Source: Phoronis australis
Lineage: Eukaryota > Animalia > Phoronida
Assembly: GCA_002633005.1 (NCBI GenBank)
Contig: NMRA01001118.1
Location: 1-45,497, forward strand
Length of the DNA: 45,497 bases
Reading direction: 5' to 3'
Shown: positions 1 through 11,500 of the stretch, piece after piece
Numbering within the stretch: position 1 is the stretch's first letter
Layout of the letters: each line of letters opens with the position of its first letter
Made by a program: the position numbers and the translations under genes
The notes under the pieces: generated by a model
Seen by the model: only the letters and a program-made list of their open reading frames with translations
Told to the model about the DNA's origin: nothing
The model's database searches: none

Positions 1-411
1 TTCTAGAAAGTTCCACACTAAATTGTAGTAAACAAATTACATTATCACTGTACTGAACTCAGGGGTCATGTCAATCACAAACAAAACAAAACAATATATC
101 TAAAAGCAGTGTCAGACTCTCTGACAGAAATCAAGTCTTACTACAAAAACATATGCGGCATTTTAAGACCAAATCCATTGCAGTAAATGAGCTGAATCTG
201 AAGTTTTTTTCTTGGGTTTGAAAGCATGCTTATGAAGACAGTTTCTGTAAATATATTTAAAAAAAGAATTACTTTCGTTTTGATATAAACGGCAGCGCTT
301 CCACATACACCTGTGATGGGTATGAGATCCTGTCTAATTATAAAGTTCCACCGCTGCTTATTTGTTTACCCAAAAAGACCACGGTGTGAGAAGGCATCAG
401 TCCCCACTTAC

Positions 412-776
412 CTGACGGCATAATCTTTCCATGTCCTTGGTTTGGGAAGCTTCCCGGGTGGCAGCCAGAGCACTGTGCTATATCATACTCCATTGTATCC
501 CCTTGTTGCTCTGCAAACAACGCTTCATTGACTAAGCCATTTCCACGGAACAACCGTCTGGGATGGCTTGGTTGTAGCGGCGGAATTTGCAGTGTAAATG
601 TGCAGCACATTTCTAATCCGTTTCTTACCAGGTACTGCGGCCACATGGGGCAAGCACCGCAACAAGCACACACTTTTCTGGACCACAAGGCAGCGGAGAT
701 GATGCTGATATTCGATAGCCGCGGTGGTGGATCATCAAGCAAGGGATTTTCATTCACTGCACGTGCAATTACAAAC
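412..776 (-). CDS. Putative exon of an unidentified gene running off the left edge
   Basis: ttttacccag| acceptor and consensus cag|gtaagt donor bracket one fully open, GC-richer, Cys-rich frame (ORF 338..796). No family recognised. Confidence 0.4.
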
Positions 777-1189
777 CTGGGTAAAAACTCAAACAAATCA
801 AAATATTAATTGTGACAGACAGTTATTGTTGATGTCAATAAAGCATGTTTTACAGTTAATGTCTTTGAAGACAGGTTTGCTCGTTTTAGTAAAAAATGTT
901 GCGTTCTATGGTATACACTATATACATGTACAAATGTACATGGTACTGGCACTTCGAGAAGTTTCCTTCTCCAAACTCGTTTGTTTGTGATTTAGAAACT
1001 TCAATTTTTGGTTATTTTAGGAGACTAGTGCATGTTAATTTATTGGTAATTAAAGTATATACATGTAACTCAAAATACATGTTCTTCCGACAAACACAAT
1101 ACGTGACATGCCAGAAAGTAGTATAGAGAAAGGTCACATGAGATGGAATCGCAAGGGACATCATCCACTTATACCTGACAGATGTGTCA

Positions 1190-1385
1190 ATGACGTCACA
1201 GCTTATTACGTGATAGGTTTAATTAGACCTGTTAGAGAGGCACCTCGATCCAAGGTCAAGGTCAAATGTGTTACCGGAAAACGTCGGTGAAACCGAAAGA
1301 AACACGACGTCGAATTGGAAATCAAGTGACCGATGACGTGTTCCAGCAAGTTAGGGCGTGGCACCGTTCATCACCCGCGTGTTTT
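1190..1385. promoter_or_regulatory. CpG-rich promoter-like motif cluster
   Basis: CRE TGACGTCA (1191-1198), tandem AGGTCAAGGTCA (~1253-1264), Ets-like CCGGAA (~1274), GC-box GGGCGTGGC (~1354). Confidence 0.45.
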
Positions 1386-1479
1386 GACCTTAAAAAGACG
1401 TTGTAGTGTTCAACTGATCGAAAGCCAAAACAAAATAGGGATTACCTACTCTCTCTGATCTCTCAACAACGTCGCACCC

Positions 1480-2460
1480 CACAGGCGGATTTATGGGGGG
1501 CCCAGGGACCCCCCCCCCTTGGCTGCCGGAAAAAAAATAAAACAGCAAGAGCATACGGAAATGTTGAGTTTATTAATTAATCCCGGTAATTAACATAATA
1601 CGGCGGAAACAAGATTTTAATGTGTGCAGTTTTACTGTGTTTGGGGGGGGGGCTCAGATCCAATTTCAAGAGTCAAATTCGGAACACGGCTCAATCGCAA
1701 CGAAACGATGGCTAAATAGGCTCTCCCGCGATATCCCAGGCGACCGGCAGTGGCGCTGCGCACTACGACTCCGTTTCCGTCGAGTGCTTCACTGTGCAAT
1801 TAAGAAAATTACTTCATTTTTTTAAACAAAGTTGAATCTGAGTGACGATAAAAAAGCAGAAGCTGCACGTTAGATGTGAATTTTTATCGAAGCCTCAGTG
1901 AATCACTCAGAAACTCATCATTATCTCTTTGTCAAACTTTAACTTTTAAGTTAAAAGACGATTTCGAAAGCAATCGTGTCATTAATGCCAACCCAAAAAA
2001 CGGATTTGGTTTTATTGGGCAATTGAAGACTATTTTAAATACAGCAAATTTGTTACGAAGTGATTGCACAAATTATAAAAAGTGTAATACACATGTAAGC
2101 ATTACAAAAACGCTGTGGACCATAAACAAGTACATGTAGGTCTCTTAGACTAATCGCGCAAGTGAAATCGTGGTGGTGCAGTGGTAAAGCATGCGCGCTC
2201 TATCCGCTAGGTCGTGAGTTCGAGTCTGAGGTGATAGCAGTGTTTCAACTTTGACGCGTTCTTCGTTTTTTTTTGCTGTGCCTCTTTTTTCTTGGAGAAT
2301 ACTTCAGGAATCAAGGAAAATGATTGATTTTTAGGAAAAAAACAGAAAAATTTTCCTAACAGGCCTCCCGACCTCCCCCATTCGGTGCTATGCGCATCTA
2401 CAATCGTGCTTTGCGCAAATGTTTACAGAAAAAATGTTGCCCTCCCCCTTGTGATATCCT
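1480..2460 (+). mobile_element. hAT-like non-autonomous element (MITE), copy 1
   Basis: Begins CACAGGCGGATTTA. ~1660-2460 aligns to the reverse complement of 30485-31280, whose terminus is CAGTGGCGGATCTAGG. The right TIR is truncated in this copy. Confidence 0.7.
2167..2240 (+). ncRNA. tRNA-like / SINE-head Pol III cassette (not an intact tRNA)
   Basis: A box TGGTGCAGTGG (2174-2184) and B box GTTCGAGTC (2218-2226) at tRNA spacing, downstream T run, no convincing acceptor stem. Confidence 0.55.
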
Positions 2461-3860
2461 GCACCTCACATCTTTCATCAGCAGATAGCAGTTACCGACA
2501 ATACTAAACTAACAATATTAAAAACAAGGCACGTTGAAATCCCTCGCTTTGTCGATTTCATTTCTCTGCCGTAGTAATCGTGGTACCGTCGTACTCATTT
2601 AAAGCCTGAGATAAAATGAGATTGATCGTAGTCCGCCCCACTTTTTCAGTAGCCAAGCGCATTGTAATAAGTGGTCCCCTTCGAATTCCAACTTCAACAA
2701 ACCAAGCGTGAGCGTAATATCTCCCTTTGTGCTTAAGTGCTGTGGAACTTGAGACGTTTCCCATGAATTAAGGTACTTGATTACGTAAATTTTCTTACAC
2801 AAATATTCTCCTCTGTCTCGGACTAGACACGTGTCATATCAAATAATCAACGCGTTTGATAACACAGGTTTTCTAATAAACTTTTCACTTACAGACACAT
2901 ATCTTTCTTCATGCTGGGTCAGATAAGTATATTTTAAACCAAAGTGACAATTAATTTCGTGAAAAGAAACCTATTTCTTAAAGGTTTCTTAATAACGAAG
3001 GACATTATAAGACACCGTTACTGGATCGCACATGTTTGTCTGAGCGAACGATCGCGTGGTCGGGGCGAGTCCTCGATGTCTTTATTATTTTCATGTAAAA
3101 ATCAGTTCGCTTGACGAAGGTCTGTTAGGTTACTTAACACTAAACACTGTATATTCTCTGTCTACACAAGGAGAGAAACGATTTCTAAGTGAGGACCAGT
3201 ATATTTTCGGTAAGTGATCTCATTCTGTCTCTATGACAAGCGTTTGAAATTTCAATTTTTAACCCGTCTGTTAGGAAGATTCTTTTTTAATTTTGTTTCA
3301 CGTACTCGGTATCCAGCCTTTCGTTGTTTTACACCAGCCGTCTATACCGAGAATTCATTAAAGACTTTTTAAGAGTGACTCCATATAAAAACCAACAGGT
3401 AGAGTCTATACCCAAAATCACCGATTTTTTTGAAACTTAGCACATGAGTTTGGTTTGTTGAGATGTAGAAAAACCTCACTTTTTAAGAATTTTCATTCAT
3501 TAATTTTCTTTTTATGACCTGTACCTCCATTTTGCAACAAAATTGGGCGTCGAAGTAGGCATGTTTGAATGCATTTTACTATCATGTGTGGTAAGGTCAA
3601 AACAAATGAATAATACGAATTGAAAGCGCAGTGGCTGAATAATTTAATGGTATAATTTTCAAAATCCATTTTTAAATTTGTACGTTATGAATTTGTGAGG
3701 CAAAAACGGCTATTTTTCAGGTTTTCACTGAAGCCATTTTCGGCCAAATTTGGCACTCTGTAGAAGCCATAACGCACCTTTCCTGAAATTGACTTTATAA
3801 TAATTTGTTTAGTCATTCCTAACCTGTTCATAATCTAAAATAAAAAATCTTGCCTCTAAT

Positions 3861-4614
3861 NNNNNNNNNNNNNNNNNNNNNNNNNNNNNNNNNNNNNNNN
3901 NNNNNNNNNNNNNNNNNNNNNNNNNNNNNNNNNNNNNNNNNNNNNNNNNNNNNNNNNNNNNNNNNNNNNNNNNNNNNNNNNNNNNNNNNNNNNNNNNNNN
4001 NNNNNNNNNNNNNNNNNNNNNNNNNNNNNNNNNNNNNNNNNNNNNNNNNNNNNNNNNNNNNNNNNNNNNNNNNNNNNNNNNNNNNNNNNNNNNNNNNNNN
4101 NNNNNNNNNNNNNNNNNNNNNNNNNNNNNNNNNNNNNNNNNNNNNNNNNNNNNNNNNNNNNNNNNNNNNNNNNNNNNNNNNNNNNNNNNNNNNNNNNNNN
4201 NNNNNNNNNNNNNNNNNNNNNNNNNNNNNNNNNNNNNNNNNNNNNNNNNNNNNNNNNNNNNNNNNNNNNNNNNNNNNNNNNNNNNNNNNNNNNNNNNNNN
4301 NNNNNNNNNNNNNNNNNNNNNNNNNNNNNNNNNNNNNNNNNNNNNNNNNNNNNNNNNNNNNNNNNNNNNNNNNNNNNNNNNNNNNNNNNNNNNNNNNNNN
4401 NNNNNNNNNNNNNNNNNNNNNNNNNNNNNNNNNNNNNNNNNNNNNNNNNNNNNNNNNNNNNNNNNNNNNNNNNNNNNNNNNNNNNNNNNNNNNNNNNNNN
4501 NNNNNNNNNNNNNNNNNNNNNNNNNNNNNNNNNNNNNNNNNNNNNNNNNNNNNNNNNNNNNNNNNNNNNNNNNNNNNNNNNNNNNNNNNNNNNNNNNNNN
4601 NNNNNNNNNNNNNN
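3861..4614. other. Assembly gap (N run)
   Basis: Run of N. Confidence 1.
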
Positions 4615-7600
4615 GAGCGTTGCACACCTCCATCCCCACCTGTCGACAACAATTTAACCCCCTACTTCTCACGGGGGCATTTTTTCTAACATCAGAGAGC
4701 CTGAATCGCTCCTACCTGACCTGTGTTTCCTGCACCTATAGCACACAATCGTATCTCAGGTTTTATCACATTTCGAACAAACATTCCTACATTAATTCAC
4801 ATGGTGGAATATCATGCCTTTTATAGCTGGAACGTATTGTTTCTCCTTCCGACAGTGGTGAATGGTGCTCATCATGAAAAAAGTCACTTTTTATCGGATT
4901 TATAAGCAATATCAATCTCATAAAGCTGGCTGCAACACGTTCTTTACTAAGGTGAGACGTGGCTTGTACATTTAGGTTAAGTGCATAGCGTATTTTGTTG
5001 ATTGGGGGATAATCAAATCATAATTTTTCCTAAGAAAATATTAATTATTTCCCCCGCTTTTCGTGATTTTAAGGCATTTTTATAACTCTGTTTTAATTTG
5101 GGAGCAATTTCCCCCAGCATGTCACCTGCCCGATACGCTTATACCTGTGGGCTACAGTAATGGACAGATAACTGACTAGTCCGTTTTTGCTCGAAATCAT
5201 GCTACAGTAGGCACAGTAAACTGCAAGCCGTGATCGACAAGCTACATGTAACTGGCAGGGCTTCATCTCGAGCACTTGAACAGCGACATGGTGTATGTCG
5301 TTCATGTATCTTCCCATACCAAATATTTGGAAGCTGACAAAACAGTCTAATTGACCGGTTAGTAAACTTAAACAGAGTTCAAAGTTGTTGGAGCTGTCTT
5401 TGGAAAGTAAGACAGCTAAGTTTCATATCAAACCGACGTTTGTGTATGCCAAATCGTCAGTGTACAAACAATTCCCAAAACCGTGTTACCATGCATTCTG
5501 TAAGAATAATAGAGAACTTACTCGGTCCCAGCAGTTAAAACAGAACAGAATTCGCGATAGTGGTTTGAATATGCGACATCTTTTCCAGTTGGTGGTAAGC
5601 GGATCTCGTGGGACCACGTGGCACGGTGGTATAGTAGTTGATCAGTTCCATTTTGTGTCAAGCCAATGCGCTTGAAAGCGCAACCATTTGACGGAAACGC
5701 CCCAGAGTTCTCTATTTCACAAAATATATTTACTTCTCCCTAATACAAGTGTGCCTCTACCAAAGTGTAAACCTAGGGCTATTTTGTGAGCCGAAATGTT
5801 TCAACATAAAGCTGTGTGTTCCTAAATTCTGAATAAGATTCCCTGCATCAAATCCCCCGTCTGACTTCTGTGAGCTACAACGGCGATGGGTGACGCGATA
5901 TTTACTAGGGAACAGACCATACGCGTGCAGGGGCTCCTGTGATGAGGGGCTCATGTGACCAAGTGCACACAGTCATTTTGCGGGTTAGGAACCTTCTTTC
6001 AGTCATGACATTATCTCGTGACTTTCCAGTTCCTCAGTGTGTTTGTCACTCGGCAAACGAAACTAAGGATGAGTTCGCAAACTTGAAAATTGTGTCGTTT
6101 CAAAACGAGGACACACCATGATGCATTCATATCAGTTTGTTTAAACTCATCTCTTATCACTTCTTTACCATGACATTCATTACATGCTCATGAGGGTTTC
6201 CTGTTTCTAAATTAAAACTCTTATAAATTAGTAGAGAAGACCCTTCGTTATTAGACAATCACATTACATGGGAGAAAGCGACAGTTTTTTGTGGAAAATA
6301 GTAACTTTCGCAGAGACCGGTGCAATATTCACAGAGACCGCTGCAATATTCACAGATCATCCCCACTGATCTCGCAATATCTGTTTCTTTATTCTATTAG
6401 CTACACGTCTGAGATTTTCTTTTGAAGGCCGTTTAGTCGATAAATTTGCTGCCACACGAAGACCTCAACAATCCTTGAAATAAAGCCGAAGTCTTGATTT
6501 TTTGACAGCCAAGTTATGGGACCAAAAAGCCATAAATCAAAATCCCCGGGGACTGCAACCACAACCTCATCAACTACATTCTCAAAGGATGACAATAACA
6601 ACATTAATTTTTCAAAAACTCAACGCTACTAATGTGAGTCTTGTCTGTAGGCCCTATTTTCAATATCAAATACGCGCAACAAGAACCGACGTTTTTGAGA
6701 CGATGTTCCATCAACTCTGAATCCCAAGGTGGTACATGTATTGTCTTTCAGATTTGACACTTCATCATTTCGGATGAAGCTAAGATCATAAAAATACTCA
6801 TGTTGAGCTCAAAACCATGCTCTGAATGCGCAATGTGTATTCAAGTCTAAAATGTGACTTTTTATCAGGAATTTTCGTTGAGGCATTCTGGTAGCTGCAT
6901 CTCCGGCCGGGGTGTGTTCACAGCAAACCTGCACCCCTGTGAGTTGGGCATGAAACTGGCGACGACCAAGGGGAACATGTTGTCGATAGGCGTAAGTCGA
7001 CAGCTGAAACCACGACTGGAGGTGAAGGGTTTTGCGAAATCGGATAAGTTTTGGGCCACAAATGATATTTACTTTCTTTCGGGCCTGGCGGTAAATTGAA
7101 AACCAGTGAACAATTTGGCCTTTGAAAACACCTTTTGCACAGTAACATGATGGTGGGAGCTGCGAAGCCTTGACGCAGGTCTACCTTCGACTGTCATTTG
7201 AAACAAATGTGGCAACAGAATCCCGATGACCAGGGGGCTTTTAAAAAAGACTCGAGTTCGTTGACGTGTCGGTGGTGAAGTGCTAAAATAGTGACTTGCA
7301 AACAAGTTCAAATAACAACGAGACCTGCATGTACCTTACTTCTCGGAAAGGTTTTCAAAAAGTGTTAAAATCCCGTTTACGATGACAATATGGACAATTA
7401 TTTACTTCAACATATAAGTTAAACCTACGTACTAGGCTCAACTAATGACCGCCCTCAAAGTAGGTATGGTTTCCCTAAATGAACAGCCAGCGGGGACCAG
7501 TCAAACCAAGCCTATATTCACGTTCGCCGTGTATCGCCATGTGGGTCAGTTTTGATAAGCTACATGTACATGTACATGTATTTTGAAAGCATATTGTCCA

Positions 7601-8400
7601 ACTCCACATGTAAAATTGCAGGACTACAGCATGTTTCCACATTTTTATTAAATTCCACTTTTGAGGACATAATAGTGCCTGCCTAACGCCCACCAAGAGG
7701 CACTTTCTGTTTATATGGACCCTGTTTCCGAAGTTACGTTCGGCTACTTTTAATGTACAGTGTACCAGTAAGTTGTCCTTATTCTCTCTATTGCCTGTTG
7801 TTAGACATTTAAAAGATTCAAAGACACTTCACCTTTCCACATTCCCATGTTAAAGGTCAGTTGCCTGCATGACTAACTGCGATGCTAGAATTCGACAATT
7901 GAAAACATTCATGTTCTTACAGGCATATTACCAATGGAGCAGCACAACTTTGCCACTCCAAGAGAAAACCTTAAAACTACACTAATCCATGATTTCTTTG
8001 TCGAAACAAGTTCCGATTGAGGCCACTTAGCACTATGAACGTGACTTCAAATTTTTTCCTAGTCAAAATGTATGTGGGCGTGAGCTGAAATTTTACGAAT
8101 TTGGCGTGTCCTTCCCCAGACCAGAACTAACTTCTCAACTGTGCAAGGAACTAGGCAAGGTCAATTCTAAACCGGGAAGAGTGCTTAACCAAAATATATT
8201 TGTCATGAAGCATGGTCGTTGTGTCACTTTAAACATGGTTTTAATTTGCAAGGACTTTGAATCACCAACTAACTACAAAAGCAAGCATTCCCTAAACAAC
8301 TCGTAACCAGTCATAACAGTCTGATCATCTGTAAGGGAAACCCAAGACTAGTTACAATTATCTTATTTCTTCAACCCACAGAAATATTAAGCATTCCATA

Positions 8401-8548
8401 TTACGATTTTCTTCCGGCTATGCAGTGTTCCTGTAATAGTTCGTTCACTTGAGTCAGACTCGCATTTGTACGAGCTGCACACGGGTCGAAATGTGTCAAA
8501 CTGGCACGGTAGCCAGCCTGGCGCAGAATCTCTACAAACCTGGATGAC
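8401..8548 (-). CDS. TRMT1L: TRMT1L exon 8, terminal (SSRFVEILRQAGYRASLTHFDP...GRKS*)
   Basis: attttag| acceptor, TAA at 8403-8401, TRM1-family C-terminal SxTHFDP motif. Confidence 0.93.
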
Positions 8549-11500
8549 CTAAAATATAAATTAAGACCCTTAGTGTCAAAAGTTTTGTTTTGTGATAATG
8601 ATAAAACAAAAATGTGTCATCGTTTCAGCGGTGATGTAGTGCAGTACTTTCCAAAACAAGCTGGAATCAAATCCTGGCAGGACTGTGAGAAATTTTGCAG
8701 TACGTTGCGCCCTCTTATTTAAAATGATTGAAACATCCTTTATTGAGATCAAGTAAAAAAGTAAGAGCATTTTGTTCCGCGATAAGGCAGTAAGGCGCAT
8801 AGCTAACTCTAGAGTGAGATGACAAAAAGGAACTATTTCAGTAAACAACTAGGCACACAAGCGGTGAAGATTGGTTTAATAACTTGTCCAATACAAAATT
8901 CCTTGGAAAATGATATAATTGATTTAGCCACATCTGCTGGTGTCAGAACTTTGCCAATTTTTAAGTATCTGTGATTGATTTTGAAAGCTGTTTAGGGTTT
9001 ATTAGGCAAAATGAAGAATGAAGTGTTGTGTATAGGCAGATTCAAAGACACTCTTGTAAGCACCGGAGTGTTTCTGGTCAAGACGAAGGTAAAGCTCATT
9101 ACACATACAAATACAGTAAGTAAGGAATACTTTCATCAACAGAGAACACAATCAATCTTCCCTTGTGCAGTCATCCAACGACAAGCAATTGGTCAATTGA
9201 CGGAGAAGGGCCCCTAAAACATTAATGGTCTCAAGCCCAAGTCAAACCTAATCATAAAAGCACACATGACCTTTCACCAAGGAAAGGGAGGGAGTGTGGC
9301 CTACTGGGATTAATGTTCATTAATTTCTGCTGACTGGAATTCTTCATAATTATTTAGTAACTCAAGATCGAGTGGCCGTATTCAGGTCTCTATATTGTCA
9401 GCTCGGTTAGTAATAAAACATACTGTAAAACTGGTTACAGCTGATGCACTGCAATAGGCCCAACTAAGCCATCTGCAAACAGCTGGTACGTGTACCAGAC
9501 CGCCATTTGTTATCATGGGCATTAGTCCAGTACCAAAAAGCACAGAACAATTTTATGTAATGTACTTACCTTGGTGGTTTCAACCCAGACATCTTTCTCC
9601 ACTGAGGATTCCAGTAAAATGGAGGTTCTTCACCCCAATCTTGCTCTGAACTTGAACAAATATCTTCAAACTTCCTTTTTCGTCCTGTTTGGCGGTCGCA
9701 TGTGGTAACCGTCACATCACCAGCAGCAAGTGCAGACATCCCTAAGATGGTATCAAACTGTGACTCACTGGTTGTAACAGTAGTCGAAGCTGGATTAATT
9801 ATAGCTGGATTCTCAGAACAGCTAGTCTCAGGTACACTTACAGCAGACAAACAAGTCACTGGTGTATCTCTTGGGATGCTAGAATTGAGTACAGCTCCAT
9901 TCGGACTCTGGACACAGGTTTTGCTGATGGTGTGCCCTGCTTTCCTACAAAGGGATGAGTTTAAATTTGTCCCATTTTCACGAGGATTTTTAATCCCAGT
10001 GTCAGCTGTGTTGGATTGCATACGACATATGGATTCATCAGTCAGAGTCTTCAAGACGGCCTTGACTTTGCTACTGAGGTTCAAGTCTTCAGCACTTTGG
10101 CACATTCTATTGATAAACTGTGTGTTGAAGAGACTTCCACACCTAAAAACAATGTGAAAGAGGAAGTCGGGATATTTGCAAGAAGGATGCTCAACGACCC
10201 ACGTCATTTGTTGTACACCAATTGTAAGATCACTGTTGAAACCAGACTTTATGGATTGTTCTAAAACCCCCTCGATCCCTTCGACCCCCACGACCCACAA
10301 CCCCCCCATCAATGCACGATCCACAACACCTCGGCCACAACCAGCCACAATAAATGTATCTTGCATTTCTCACACATTTCATTTACCTAAATACGTCACT
10401 TGTGACTCCATGAATCTGCTCAGACTCAAGACTGGTGGCTAAACACAAAAGTGCCGTAAGAACATCATCTAAAATGACTTATTGTGAGTGTGTTGTCGTT
10501 GTTATGGATATAGTTTCACAACTGGCTACCAATGACCCTGATCTACTAAACTCAGGGAAATAATATGGTAATTTCACATTTTTACTATTTCCTTACAGTC
10601 ATATACTGGCTTACAATGGTAATACTTGTAACTTTGAGATGCTTTTTAGTTAATAACACTTTGATTTTTCAAACTGTATTTTTTACTGAAGAAATTACAT
10701 ATCCCTTGCCTTCTCACACTATCCCTAAAATAGCTTAAATCTGCCATTTACTGAAGAGCAGATGAGACGATTACACTCTGCCGGAAATGAGACAATTTGT
10801 AACATTGACAGGTTTTGATTTAATTTGGTCAAGTTGTTTCTTTTCTGATTTCAGCTTTCAAACTTGCCAAATCGCCTCTCTTAATTGCAGAATAAGGAAA
10901 AACCAGCCATGCTCACAGTCATACACGTTGGTCTTGCAAGTCAGCGTTAGTTCCACATTCAGATGTCCTCGAGCATGTGTCAACTGTACTCAATCGCCGG
11001 TCGATGGGGTTGTGGGTTGACGGGGTTGTAAGTTGAGGGGGTCATAGGTCGAGAGGGTCAAGAGGTATGGGGTTCAAGTGGAGTGGAGAATAAGTGGGTT
11101 TTAGAACAATCCAGATTTTATTCACAACCGCTCGACATGAGTGTTTTTGCAAAGTAATCTTACATGTTTGTTGACACGTAAAAGTCTGTGCAATGAGCAC
11201 AACCTTGGCTATTACACACCCCTGCCTAATACGTCTGCATATAAACAAGTGTCTGTCGGAGTGTGCCAAGTGCTGCCATATAAGGAGATATCATTTAAGT
11301 TAGGAAACACGTTGTATTACAAATCAATACTGTGAGTCTCCACTTGTTTCACACAAAATTAATTAAAAACTGTAATTTTCTATTTATTAAAGACTGATTA
11401 TCCTTTGCAAGTAATGCCAACTTTAGCAAGGGCTGTTTTTGACATCTACACAGTCACTTTAAACCATGCTAGCCCTGTAATAGACTAAAATATCCCCGAT

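Noticed and set aside
2167-2240. Functional tRNA gene
   Set aside because: A/B boxes are present, but acceptor and anticodon stems do not pair and differ between the two copies
3370-3860. Possible DNA-transposon end next to the first gap
   Set aside because: Composition is MITE-like, but no partner TIR or second copy is visible
3809-4689. Long ORFs of 274-287 aa
   Set aside because: Artefacts of translating the N gap
6311-6356. 21-bp tandem duplication
   Set aside because: Ordinary local slippage, two units only
5093-7311. Several short ORFs and splice-like sites
   Set aside because: No consistent exon chain or recognisable protein motif
9702-10157. 151-aa plus-strand ORF
   Set aside because: Antisense shadow of TRMT1L exon 7
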